Shown here: positions 32,495 to 42,141 of the stretch, piece after piece
Numbering within the stretch: the first letter of the stretch is position 1
How the letters are laid out: each line of letters begins with the position of its first letter
Assembly: GCA_021731365.1 (NCBI GenBank)
Contig: JAKFXL010000018.1
Span: 940 to 64,939 of the forward strand
Origin: Gammaproteobacteria bacterium
Lineage (GTDB): Bacteria; Pseudomonadota; Gammaproteobacteria; Tenderiales; Tenderiaceae
Direction of reading: 5' to 3'
DNA length: 64,000 nucleotides
Translations under genes and position numbers: made by a program
The notes under the pieces: generated by a model
The model's database searches: none
What the model saw: only the letters and a program-made list of their open reading frames with translations
Told to the model about the DNA's origin: nothing

Positions 32495-33649
32495 TTATGA
32501 CTTTGGCTGTGTCATGTCTTCAAAGAATTTTTTTACGCCGGCAAACCAGTTGCTGGAGCGTGGGCTATGTTTACCATCCCCCTCCTCCATGGCGCGCTGA
32601 AACTCTTCCAGCAGCTCTTTTTGTTTGCGCCCCAGGTTGATGGGGGTCTCCACCTCCACCTTGCAGATCAGGTCGCCAATGCCACCGCCGTGCACTGACT
32701 TAACACCCTTGCCACGTAAGCGGAACGATTTTCCTGTCTGTGTCTCGGCGGGGATTTTAAGTTTGACACGACCATCCAGGGTCGGCACATCCAGCTCCCC
32801 CCCGAGTACCGCATTGGCAAAGCTGATCGGTACAACGCAGTGAAGATTGCTCTCCTCACGGGTAAAGATGGCGTGTGGTCGAACCTTAATCTGGACATAA
32901 AGATCGCCCGAGGGACCGCCGCTTTCACCGGCCTCACCTTCTCCCGCCAGACGAATGCGATCACCGCTATCCACGCCGGCTGGAATTTTGACCGACAAGG
33001 TTTTTTGCTCATTAACACGTCCTTGCCCACGACAATCAGGGCATGGATCTTTGATGATGTGACCACTGCCCTGACAATGGGGGCACGCTTGCTGTAGCGA
33101 GAAAAACCCCTGCTGGATACGAACCTGACCACGACCACCACACGTAGTGCAGCTGACCGGGCTGGTCCCTTTTTTGGCGCCGGAGCCTTCACACGGGTTG
33201 CACTTAACCATGGTGGGTATGCGAATTTTGACCGTAGCACCACGCACTGCCTCTTCAAGATCAAGGTCGAGGTTGTAACGCAGATCAGCGCCACGATAGA
33301 CACGCTGGCCTCCGCCACCGCCACGTGCACCACCAAAAATGTCGCCAAACACATCACCAAAGACGTCGCCGAAATTACCGCCACCGGCTGCGCCACCAAA
33401 ACCGCCACCACCGCCCGCCGACTGATCTACACCGGCATGGCCAAACTGGTCGTAAGCGGCGCGCTTCTGGGCGTTGGAGAGTATCTCGTAGGCCTCTTTG
33501 GCCTCTTTGAATTTCTCTTCAGACTCTTTGTTATCGGGGTTACGGTCGGGGTGGTGTTTCTGCGCGGCACGGCGATAGGCCTTTTTGATATCCGCTTCGC
33601 TGGCGTTTTTTGCCACACCTAATATTTCGTAAAAATCTCGTTTGGCCAT
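32495..33649 (-). CDS. dnaJ: chaperone DnaJ
   Basis: J-domain [19 protein letters not shown]-rich linker, four CxxCxG zinc-finger repeats. Confidence 0.97.
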   Translation of the reverse strand: MAKRDFYEILGVAKNASEADIKKAYRRAAQKHHPDRNPDNKESEEKFKEAKEAYEILSNAQKRAAYDQFGHAGVDQSAGGGGGFGGAAGGGNFGDVFGDVFGDIFGGARGGGGGQRVYRGADLRYNLDLDLEEAVRGATVKIRIPTMVKCNPCEGSGAKKGTSPVSCTTCGGRGQVRIQQGFFSLQQACPHCQGSGHIIKDPCPDCRGQGRVNEQKTLSVKIPAGVDSGDRIRLAGEGEAGESGGPSGDLYVQIKVRPHAIFTREESNLHCVVPISFANAVLGGELDVPTLDGRVKLKIPAETQTGKSFRLRGKGVKSVHGGGIGDLICKVEVETPINLGRKQKELLEEFQRAMEEGDGKHSPRSSNWFAGVKKFFEDMTQPKS

Positions 33650-33771
33650 GGGTCCAAGCTTTTAGTTGTTAAATTCTTAATTTGCACAAACAACAACAGG
33701 CGCACCGTGAGGTTGCGCCTGCTGTTCACCTCACATCAGAGACCAGTATCTAACGGCTGGCCCTGTCATGA

Positions 33772-35703
33772 TCAGCGTTTGTCATCCTTCACTTCCTCGA
33801 ACTCAGCGTCAACCACATCATCCTTGGAGTTATCACCTTGGGCATCAGCCTGAGAGGAGCCGTCAGGGCCACCCTCTGCAGCAGCTTTTTGTGCATAGAC
33901 ACGTTCGGCCAGTTTGCCAGAGAGTGTGGCCAGGGCTTCAGTCTTGGCTTCGATCTCACTCTTGTCTTCGCCCTTCATGGCTGTTTTCAGCTCTTCAACA
34001 GCCGCTTCGATGGCACTCTTCTCTTCCGCCTCAACCTGATCACCCAGCTCCTTCAAAGAGGCGGTAGTGGAATGAATCATGTTATCCGCCGCGTTACGGG
34101 CCCCTACCATCTCGTGGAACTTACGATCCTCGTCTTTGTGGGCTTCGGCATCACTCACCATCTTGGCAACCTCTTCATCACTCAGGCCAGAAGAGGCCTT
34201 GATGACAATGGAGGTGTGTTTGCCGGTGGCCTTGTCCTTGGCAGAGACATTCAGGATACCGTTGGCGTCGATGTCAAACGTCACTTCGATCTGTGGCACA
34301 CCACGGCGGGCCGGGGTGATGTCACCCAGGTCAAAACGACCCAGTGATTTATTGGCAGCGGCTATTTCGCGCTCACCCTGCAACACATGTACGGTCACGG
34401 CACTCTGGTTATCTTCAGCGGTGGAGAACACCTGGTTGGCCTTGGTCGGAATAGTGGTGTTCTTTTCGATCAGTTTGGTCATCACACCACCCATGGTCTC
34501 GATACCCAGCGACAGCGGCGTAACGTCCAGCAGCAGTACATCCTTCACCTCACCACCCAATACACCGCCCTGAATCGCGGCACCTACGGCCACAGCCTCA
34601 TCAGGGTTGACATCTTTACGTGGCTCTTTGCCAAAGATCTCTTGCACCTTGGCTTGCACCATGGGCATGCGGGTCTGACCACCGACCATCAATACATCAT
34701 CCACATCAGATGCGGAGAGACCGGCATCCTTCAGCGCCATACGGCACGGCTCAACGGTGCGATTAACCAGCTCTTCCACCAGCGACTCCAGCTTGGCGCG
34801 GGTCACCTTTATATTAAGGTGCTTCGGACCTTTGGCATCGGCAGTGATGTAGGGCAGATTAACGTCAGTCTGCTGTGAAGAGGAGAGTTCGATCTTGGCC
34901 TTCTCGGCCGCCTCTTTCAGACGCTGTAGCGCCAATGGATCATTGTGTAGATCAATGCCACTCTCTTTCTTGAACTCATCGGCAAGATAGTCGATCAAAC
35001 GCAAGTCAAAATCTTCACCACCGAGGAAGGTATCACCGTTGGTGGAGAGCACTTCTATCTGCTGCTCACCTTCAACTTCAGCGATTTCGATGATGGAGAT
35101 ATCAAACGTACCACCACCCAAGTCATAGACCGCCACCTTGCGATCGCCACGACGTTTGTCCATGCCGTAGGCCAGGGCAGCAGCTGTGGGTTCGTTGATA
35201 ATACGTTTTACTTCCAGACCGGCGATTCGCCCGGCATCCTTGGTGGCCTGACGCTGTGAGTCGTTGAAATAGGCTGGCACGGTGATGACCGCTTCTGTGA
35301 CTGGCTCGCCCAGGTAATCCTCAGCGGTCTTTTTCATCTTCATCAAGACGCGGGCAGAGATTTCTGGCGGCGCCATCTTCTTGCCATTGACATCGATCCA
35401 GGCATCGCCATTTTCGGCCTGGGCGATGGTATAGGGGACCATCTTGATGTCCTTCTGTACTTCGGCATCCTTGAAGCGGCGACCGATCAGACGTTTGACC
35501 GCAAACAGGGTGTTTTTTGGATTAGTGACCGCCTGACGTTTGGCCGACTGGCCAACCAGCACCTCACCATCATCGGCATAGGCGACGATAGATGGGGTTG
35601 TACGATCCCCTTCACTGTTTTCAATGACGCGGGGCTTGCCGTCTTCCATCACTGCGACGCAAGAGTTGGTGGTTCCCAAGTCAATACCGATAATTCTGCC
35701 CAT
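33772..35703 (-). CDS. dnaK: chaperone DnaK (Hsp70)
   Basis: [18 protein letters not shown].., ..DLGGGTFD.. and further motifs, full-length Hsp70. Confidence 0.98.
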   Translation of the reverse strand: MGRIIGIDLGTTNSCVAVMEDGKPRVIENSEGDRTTPSIVAYADDGEVLVGQSAKRQAVTNPKNTLFAVKRLIGRRFKDAEVQKDIKMVPYTIAQAENGDAWIDVNGKKMAPPEISARVLMKMKKTAEDYLGEPVTEAVITVPAYFNDSQRQATKDAGRIAGLEVKRIINEPTAAALAYGMDKRRGDRKVAVYDLGGGTFDISIIEIAEVEGEQQIEVLSTNGDTFLGGEDFDLRLIDYLADEFKKESGIDLHNDPLALQRLKEAAEKAKIELSSSQQTDVNLPYITADAKGPKHLNIKVTRAKLESLVEELVNRTVEPCRMALKDAGLSASDVDDVLMVGGQTRMPMVQAKVQEIFGKEPRKDVNPDEAVAVGAAIQGGVLGGEVKDVLLLDVTPLSLGIETMGGVMTKLIEKNTTIPTKANQVFSTAEDNQSAVTVHVLQGEREIAAANKSLGRFDLGDITPARRGVPQIEVTFDIDANGILNVSAKDKATGKHTSIVIKASSGLSDEEVAKMVSDAEAHKDEDRKFHEMVGARNAADNMIHSTTASLKELGDQVEAEEKSAIEAAVEELKTAMKGEDKSEIEAKTEALATLSGKLAERVYAQKAAAEGGPDGSSQADAQGDNSKDDVVDAEFEEVKDDKR

Positions 35704-35795
35704 TACTCCAATCTCCGTAGTTAAGTCTTATGTTCATGTTTTGTGCAGCATGGTGGCTGCCGCTTATCCCTTTAATGGGGACGACAGCGTATTTA

Positions 35796-36422
35796 TCAAG
35801 CCTGAAAGTCTATCGTGCCGGTCAAATCGCCCTCAGACTTCAGGTTGGCACCCGATTTGGCGCTGGCAACCACCACCATGGCGGGGCGGACCAGACGATC
35901 ATTGAGCTGATACCCTTTCTGGTAAACCGCAACCACAGTATTAGGGATCGCATCGGGCAGATCCTGCATCGCCATCGCCTGATGGCGCTCGGCGTTGAAC
36001 TTCTCACCCATCGGGTTAAGCTCCACCACACCAAACTTTGCCACGGCGGCGGCCAACATCTTACCGGTCAACTCCAGCCCTTCACGCACTTTTGCCAAAT
36101 CGGCCCCTTCAGCACTGGCCGCGGCCTCGCCCATCTCCAGGCTGTCTTTCACCGGCAGCAGCTCGTTTACAAACCGCTCCAGGGCGTACTTATGGGCGTT
36201 TTCAACATCACGTTCAGCGCGGCGACGGCTGTTATCAGACTCCGCCTGTACCCTTAGCACCTGATTCCAATGCTCTTCAGCCTTGGCCTGTGCCTCTGTC
36301 AACATCTGCTGAAGCTCTTCATAGGTGGGCGCAGGCAGCTCATTCTGAATCTCCGGGCTGGCCTCTACCACCACCTCTCCATCAATGGCTTCGCTGTTTT
36401 CACTTTTTTTATCCGTCATCAC
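35796..36422 (-). CDS. grpE: nucleotide exchange factor GrpE
   Basis: 208 aa, coiled-coil N-terminus and a GrpE C-terminal region (..GMEL..GQEFDPNLHQAM-like ..NPMGEKFNAERHQAMAMQ..). It lies upstream of dnaK. Confidence 0.9.
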   Translation of the reverse strand: MMTDKKSENSEAIDGEVVVEASPEIQNELPAPTYEELQQMLTEAQAKAEEHWNQVLRVQAESDNSRRRAERDVENAHKYALERFVNELLPVKDSLEMGEAAASAEGADLAKVREGLELTGKMLAAAVAKFGVVELNPMGEKFNAERHQAMAMQDLPDAIPNTVVAVYQKGYQLNDRLVRPAMVVVASAKSGANLKSEGDLTGTIDFQA

Positions 36423-36719
36423 TCAATCCTGGGTTGTCAATGGGATATACAACAGTAGCCGTAGATGGGGATGATCAATACAGATTCAAGGCGTGGTCTG
36501 ATATTTTTGCCGGGCTGGCGGTAGCAGGAAGCACCTGCCAAACGCATTCACAAGATATTGCAAATATTCACCAAGATCATTGGCCATGATGGTTTACAAC
36601 TCCTGTATGATGCAAAAAACTGTCACTGCGCTATCATCAGCAACCCAAACGTCGGTCTAAGATAGCCGTCCCCAACATCAAAATGTCAAAATAGGGCTTC
36701 ATCCCAACAGGTTATACAG

Positions 36720-37589
36720 ATGACAACTAAATTCCGCCGTATCGGCATTGTCAGCAAATTCAGTGACACCTCCATCGGCACCACCATCGAAATACTCGCC
36801 AACTTCTTAAGCGCACGTAATCATCAGGTTGTGCTGGAGGAGAGCGCTGCCAAGACCCTGTCCAATACAACGTTGGAGACAACCTCCATCGATCAGATCG
36901 GCAAACACTGTGATCTGGTGATTGTTGTTGGTGGTGATGGCACCCTGCTGCACACTGCCCGTTCACTGGCAGACCACAACATCCCACTGGTTGGCATCAA
37001 TCTTGGTCGCCTGGGCTTTCTAACCGATATTTCGCCTGACGACATGCTCTCCCGCCTGGATGAGATACTCAGTGGTGTCTACCACGAAGAGAAGCGCTTT
37101 CTGCTACAGGCGCTGGTAATCCGCGATGGTGAAACTGTCCAAACAGGCAGCGCGCTCAACGACGTGGTGATTCATAAATGGAATTCGGTGCGGATGATCG
37201 AGTTCGAAACCCACGTCGATGGCCTGCTGGTCAACAGCCAGCGTTCCGACGGTCTGATCGTCTCCACCCCCACCGGCTCCACCGCCTACGCACTCTCGGG
37301 CGGCGGCCCCATCATGCACCCCGCCCTGGATGCCATCGTGCTGGTGCCCATCTGCCCCCACACCCTGAGCAACCGGCCGCTGGTTATCGCCGCCAGCAGT
37401 GTGATCGAGCTGCGGGTGACCCGGACTGACATCGCCCACGTACGTATCACCCTGGATGGCCAGACTATTCTCTCCCTGGCCGAGGGTGATCACGTTCGAA
37501 TCGTTAAAAAAGAGCCCCCTGTGCGGCTCTTCCACCCCAAAGGCCACGACCATTTCCAGATCCTGCGCGCCAAACTGCGCTGGGGTTAG
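36720..37589 (+). CDS. nadK: NAD(+) kinase
   Basis: ..DLVIVVGGDGTLLHTAR.. GGDG motif and ..STPTGSTAYALSGGGPI.. Confidence 0.93.
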   Translation: MTTKFRRIGIVSKFSDTSIGTTIEILANFLSARNHQVVLEESAAKTLSNTTLETTSIDQIGKHCDLVIVVGGDGTLLHTARSLADHNIPLVGINLGRLGFLTDISPDDMLSRLDEILSGVYHEEKRFLLQALVIRDGETVQTGSALNDVVIHKWNSVRMIEFETHVDGLLVNSQRSDGLIVSTPTGSTAYALSGGGPIMHPALDAIVLVPICPHTLSNRPLVIAASSVIELRVTRTDIAHVRITLDGQTILSLAEGDHVRIVKKEPPVRLFHPKGHDHFQILRAKLRWG

Positions 37590-37604
37590 CGAGTCCAATA
37601 CACC

Positions 37605-39284
37605 ATGCTGAATCAGATCAACATCCGTAACTTTGCCATTATTGACGCCCTGGAGCTGGAGTTTCGCCCCGGCATGACCGTGCTCACCGGTGAAACCGGG
37701 GCCGGCAAATCGATTCTGGTAGACGCCCTGGGGCTGGTCCTGGGCGACCGTGCCGACAGCGACGTGGTGCGCCACGGCGAAACACGCGCCGAGATCAGCG
37801 CCGAGTTCAATATCGATACACTGCCCACCGTGCTCAGCTGGCTTCAACAGAACGACCTGGATGAAGAGCACGACTGCATCCTGCGCCGGGTTGTCTCCGC
37901 CGAAGGGCGCTCAAAATGTTACATCAACGGTCGCCCCGCCTCACTGCAACTGATCAAAACGGTCGGCGAGATGTTGGTGGATATCCATGGCCAGCACCAG
38001 CACCAATCACTACTCAAAAGTGAAGTACAACGCCAGCTGCTCGACGACTACGGCAACAATCAACCCCTCGCAGACGAGACCCGCACACTGCAACAGCGCT
38101 GGAAAAGCGGCCTCGACAAGCTCGAACAGCTGCGCCAGAGTGGTCGTGACCGTAATGCCCGACTCGACCTGCTGCGCTACCACGTGCAAGAGCTGGAGGG
38201 GCTGGCACTGGAACCCGGCGAGTTTCAGGCACTGGAAGAGGAGCAGCGTCGCCTCGCCCACGGCGGCCGTCTGCTGGAGCAGTGCGCCGCCGCCCTGAAC
38301 GCCCTCTACGACAGTGACGAGTTGAGCGCCCAGGGCATCATCACCCACTCACTGACCGAACTACAACAACTCAGCGAGATTGATCCGCAGCTAAATAACA
38401 TCTGCACCCTGATCAACGAGGCCAGCATCCAGGTACAGGAGGCCGGCAACGAACTGCGCCACTATGTGGAGCGGCTGGAGCTTGACCCGGCCCGGCTGGA
38501 GTGGGTCGATCAGCGCCTGGGGGCAATCCACGACCTGGCACGCAAACACCACGTCGACCCCGAGGCACTACCAGCGCTGCTGCAAAACTTCAGCGACGAA
38601 CTTCAGCGCCTGGAAAACGCCGACGTACTGCTCGACCAGCTCCAGGCCGAACTTAAACAGCTACTCAGCCAATACCAGGGCAGCGCAACCAAGCTAAGCC
38701 AGGCGCGGCAAAAGAGCGCCAAAAAACTCTCCACCGCTGTCACCGGCATCATCCGCCAGCTGGGCATGCCCGCCGGAGAGTTCACCGTCGCCCTACAGCC
38801 ACGGGAAGAGCAGACACCCCACCGCCACGGTCTGGAACAGATCAGTTTTGAAGTAGCCGCCAACCCCGGTCAACCCGCCAAACCGTTGAGCAAAGTCGCC
38901 TCCGGTGGTGAACTGTCACGCATCTCACTGGCGATACAGGTGCTGCTCGCCAATAATCAGAAGATACCAACACTGATCTTTGATGAGGTGGATACCGGCA
39001 TTGGGGGCGCAGTTGCTGAAACTGTCGGCCGCCAGCTGCGGGCCCTTGGTGTCAGCCATCAGGTGATGTGTGTTACCCACCTGCCACAAGTGGCGGCACT
39101 GGGGCACCAACACCTGCAGGTGAGCAAAAAGATCGAAGGGAAAAGTACCCGGACCCAGATCCAGCTGCTGGCAAATGAGCAGCGTCAGGAGGAGATTGCC
39201 CGCATGATGAGCGGCATGGAGATCACACCACAGACCCGCGCCCACGCCAGAGAGATGATTGACCAGGCCGAAGCACTGGCATAA
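37605..39284 (+). CDS. recN: DNA repair protein RecN
   Basis: MLNQINIRNFAIIDALELEF..GMTVLTGETGAGKSILVDAL (Walker A), long coiled coil, and C-terminal ..SGGELSRISLAIQV..LIFDEVDTGIGG.. Confidence 0.95.
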   Translation: MLNQINIRNFAIIDALELEFRPGMTVLTGETGAGKSILVDALGLVLGDRADSDVVRHGETRAEISAEFNIDTLPTVLSWLQQNDLDEEHDCILRRVVSAEGRSKCYINGRPASLQLIKTVGEMLVDIHGQHQHQSLLKSEVQRQLLDDYGNNQPLADETRTLQQRWKSGLDKLEQLRQSGRDRNARLDLLRYHVQELEGLALEPGEFQALEEEQRRLAHGGRLLEQCAAALNALYDSDELSAQGIITHSLTELQQLSEIDPQLNNICTLINEASIQVQEAGNELRHYVERLELDPARLEWVDQRLGAIHDLARKHHVDPEALPALLQNFSDELQRLENADVLLDQLQAELKQLLSQYQGSATKLSQARQKSAKKLSTAVTGIIRQLGMPAGEFTVALQPREEQTPHRHGLEQISFEVAANPGQPAKPLSKVASGGELSRISLAIQVLLANNQKIPTLIFDEVDTGIGGAVAETVGRQLRALGVSHQVMCVTHLPQVAALGHQHLQVSKKIEGKSTRTQIQLLANEQRQEEIARMMSGMEITPQTRAHAREMIDQAEALA

Positions 39285-39290
39285 ACAGGG

Positions 39291-39737
39291 CTACTTCTCC
39301 TGAGCCTGGCAGGCCGGACAGATACCATATATATAGAGACTGTGGTCGGTAATGCGGTACCCGGCATTAGCGGCGATTACCCGCTGACGCTCCTCGATCG
39401 TCTCATCAACAAACTCCTCCACACTGCCACAAGAGGTACACAACATATGGTCATGATGCACGCCATGGTCCAGCTCAAATACTGAATACCCCCCCTCAAA
39501 ATGGTGACGCGCCACCAAACCGGCCGCCTCAAACTGGGTCAAGACACGGTAAACAGTTGCCAGACCGATATCTTCATTGCTTTCCAGCAGCGCCTTATAC
39601 ACATCCTCAGCACGCATGTGCTGGTCCCGATTGTTTTCCAGGATCTCTAAAATCTTAAGTCGCGGCACCGTCGCTTTCAGCCCGGCCTTTTTCAAGTCTT
39701 GTGTTTGAGTCAAGCTATTCGCTCCGTGAATGTCCAA
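39291..39737 (-). CDS. fur: ferric uptake regulator
   Basis: ..LKKAGLKATVPRLKILEIL.. DNA-binding helix, ..HHDHMLCTSCG..C.. metal sites. It is convergent with recN. Confidence 0.93.
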   Translation of the reverse strand: MDIHGANSLTQTQDLKKAGLKATVPRLKILEILENNRDQHMRAEDVYKALLESNEDIGLATVYRVLTQFEAAGLVARHHFEGGYSVFELDHGVHHDHMLCTSCGSVEEFVDETIEERQRVIAANAGYRITDHSLYIYGICPACQAQEK

Positions 39738-39808
39738 AAATGGCGATTTACCCCAAAACTGGTGTAATATTCCCGCCCATCTCTGGCCAATAGTTGATCG
39801 TACTGCTA

Positions 39809-40129
39809 ATGCAAAAGCTTCTCATCTCCACCCTACTATGTGCAAGCCTTCTTTCCGCGTGCAGCGTCCATAAGCTTGAAATCCAGCAAGGCAACGTTAT
39901 CGCCCCGGAGATGGTGGAAAAACTCAAACCGGGCATGACCACCCGGCAGGTGAAGTTTGTCATGGGATCACCCCAGCTTACAGACCCGTTCCACAAGGAT
40001 CGCTGGGACTACCTCTACATCCTCAGAAGTGACGGCAAAATCGCCGAAAAGAGACATCTGATCCTCTTTTTTGAAGGTGACGTGCTCAGCCGCATCGACG
40101 ACCAGACCGCCACCACACCGCCTCTCTAA
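39809..40129 (+). CDS. bamE: outer-membrane protein assembly factor BamE (SmpA/OmlA lipoprotein)
   Basis: MQKLLISTLLCASLLSAC lipobox, then ..KLKPGMTTRQVKFVMGSP.. BamE fold motif. Confidence 0.88.
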   Translation: MQKLLISTLLCASLLSACSVHKLEIQQGNVIAPEMVEKLKPGMTTRQVKFVMGSPQLTDPFHKDRWDYLYILRSDGKIAEKRHLILFFEGDVLSRIDDQTATTPPL

Positions 40130-40446
40130 ACGTCACCGCCCCCTTTTTTCATCTTCTTCCCCTCTGCCGCACGCTGACGACGCACCTCTTTAGGGTCAGC
40201 AATCAGCTTGCGGTAGATCTCAATACGATCCCCCTCACGCAGACCACTGGCAGTTAACTTGGTCAACTTGCCAAAAATACCCACTTTGCTGTCGGCCAGA
40301 TCGATCTCCGGAAACTTATCCAGAATCCCGGACGCCTTAACAGCATCCTCCACCGTTCCATCCTTAGCCACATTAGCCGTCAAAATAAGCTGCGTATCCG
40401 GCCGTGCATACGCCACCTCAACCTTAATCATTTCACCGTTTTCCAT
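40126..40446 (-). CDS. RnfH-family ubiquitin-like protein (YfjF/RatB-like)
   Basis: ..MIKVEVAYARPDTQ..V..GTVEDAVKASGIL..IDL...VGIFGK...REGDRIEIYRKLIADPKE.RRQRA, characteristic of RnfH/YfjF. The start is ambiguous between M17 and M22 of the track ORF. It overlaps the ratA 3' end. Confidence 0.8.
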   Translation of the reverse strand: MENGEMIKVEVAYARPDTQLILTANVAKDGTVEDAVKASGILDKFPEIDLADSKVGIFGKLTKLTASGLREGDRIEIYRKLIADPKEVRRQRAAEGKKMKKGGGDV

Positions 40447-40870
40447 AGACCTCCACCGCCCGCTGACAAAAAGCATCCACCAAAGAGTTGGCAATCTGGC
40501 TAAATACCGGCCCCACCGTCAAACCCAGAAACTTGTTCGAAAACTCAAACTCCATCATCAACGACACCTTGCACGACACCTCGTCCAACACATCAAAGCG
40601 CCAAAACCCCTCCAGATGGTGGAACGGCCCCTCTTCCAGACGCATCTCAATCATCTTATTGATCTGCATCCGGTTACAGGTTGTAAACGTTTTATTAATA
40701 CCGCCCTTACTCAACTCCAGGCAACCCCGCACCTCATCATCACCCCGACTCAATACCCGGCTGCTCTTGCACCAAGGCAAAAAAGCTTGATACGAATCGA
40801 TATCATCCACCAGCGCATACATCTCCGCCACAGAATAAGGCACCAAAGCACTACGATTAATCGCTGTCAT
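40433..40870 (-). CDS. ratA: SRPBCC-family ribosome-association protein RatA/YfjG-like
   Basis: Start at MTAINRSALVPYSVAEMYALVDDIDSYQAFLPWC.., which tracks E. coli RatA (..SRTALVPYSAEQMY..). Confidence 0.85.
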   Translation of the reverse strand: MTAINRSALVPYSVAEMYALVDDIDSYQAFLPWCKSSRVLSRGDDEVRGCLELSKGGINKTFTTCNRMQINKMIEMRLEEGPFHHLEGFWRFDVLDEVSCKVSLMMEFEFSNKFLGLTVGPVFSQIANSLVDAFCQRAVEVYGKR

Positions 40871-41031
40871 ACCACTCCAAAATCCCAAATAACACTGCGA
40901 GCACAGCCGCCTGCGTTAAAAACCGCTGTAAACGATAGCCGAAGGCAGCGCCCCCCCGCAACCCATGCTAAAAATAACCAGCAACAATTTTACACCGGAA
41001 ACTCACACATCGATTAGCACTACCATTATAA

Positions 41032-41523
41032 TTGGCACCCATGAGCAAAAACGCACAAACAAAGACAGGCCAGGGCGGCGGCACCATTACCCTCAACAAA
41101 AAAGCCAAACACGAGTTTTTTATTGAGGACAAATTTGAAGCGGGCATCGTACTCGAAGGCTGGGAGGTCAAAAGCCTGCGCGCCGGAAAGGTGCAGATGC
41201 GCGACAGCTACGTCCTGATCAAAAATGGCGAGGCGTTCCTGATCGGAACCCTGATCTCGCCACTGAACACCGCCTCCACCCATATCCACCCCAGCGCCGA
41301 ACGGACCCGCAAACTGCTGCTCAACCGCCACGAACTGAGCAAACTGATCGGGGCTGTCGAGCGCCAGGGCTATACCGTCATCCCCATTGCCATGTACTGG
41401 AGCAAAAACCGGGTCAAACTCGAAATTGGCCTTGCCAAGGGCAAACAGGAACACGACAAACGCAATACCGAACGTGACCGCGAATGGGCACGCGACAAAC
41501 AGCGCATCATGAAACGTGGCTAA
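41032..41523 (+). CDS. smpB: SsrA-binding protein SmpB
   Basis: ..TITLNKKAKHEFFIEDKFEAGIVLEGWEVKSLRAGK.., a near-canonical SmpB. Confidence 0.95.
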   Translation: MAPMSKNAQTKTGQGGGTITLNKKAKHEFFIEDKFEAGIVLEGWEVKSLRAGKVQMRDSYVLIKNGEAFLIGTLISPLNTASTHIHPSAERTRKLLLNRHELSKLIGAVERQGYTVIPIAMYWSKNRVKLEIGLAKGKQEHDKRNTERDREWARDKQRIMKRG

Positions 41524-41578
41524 ATCATCGCTGGCCGGGAACCTCCCGGTCAGATACAATGATCCACTTGAACCAAAG

Positions 41579-41937
41579 GGGGCGATCTGGCTTCGACGTG
41601 GATTGCGAAACCCAAGGTGCATGCCGAGGTGTAGGTCCCCTCGTAAAACAATCTACAAACTTATAGTTGCCAACGAAGACAACTACGCACTCGCTGCTTA
41701 ATACCCAGTAGGGTGCCCTCGGCCCAAGTCTGTGCTTGTGCACTTGGTAACCGGGGTCGACTCACACAAGCTCGCGATGAAGTTAGTCTGGCACCGATTC
41801 GTTAAATTCTTACAGACTCGCTGTTTGTCTTCCCTGCCAATCGGGTAGCATGCAGTTAAATTAATAGATTGGATAAGCATGTAGAGCTGAAGGCAGAGGA
41901 TTTGCGGACGCGGGTTCGATTCCCGCCGCCTCCACCA
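41579..41937 (+). ncRNA. ssrA: transfer-messenger RNA (tmRNA, SsrA)
   Basis: Starts GGGGCGATCTGGCTTCGACGTGGATTGCGAAACCCAAGGTGCATGCCGAGG, which parallels E. coli ssrA. The tag reading frame is GCC AAC GAA GAC AAC TAC GCA CTC GCT GCT TAA (ANEDNYALAA). The 3' end is tRNA-like: GGACGCGGGTTCGATTCCCGCCGCCTCCACCA. Confidence 0.95.
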
Positions 41938-41980
41938 CTTAACAGGTTTGCTGATTACCACGGCAAACCACTAGAAATTG

Positions 41981-42012
41981 GCCTGTTACGAAAGTTTCAG
42001 GCTATTTTTTTG
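41981..42012 (+). terminator. putative rho-independent terminator after ssrA
   Basis: GCCTGTTACGAAAGTTTCAGGC hairpin (5-bp GC stem) followed by TATTTTTTTGTCTTT. Confidence 0.5.
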
Positions 42013-42141
42013 TCTTTGATTCCCTATTGTCATCTCTTGTTATTCGTTTTACAGCCCCCTACTTATCAATCGCAACATGTATCCCTTAAGCCCTCTGCAT
42101 TACAAAGCATGGAGCATGTAAATAGGGTAAGAGACCACCTC

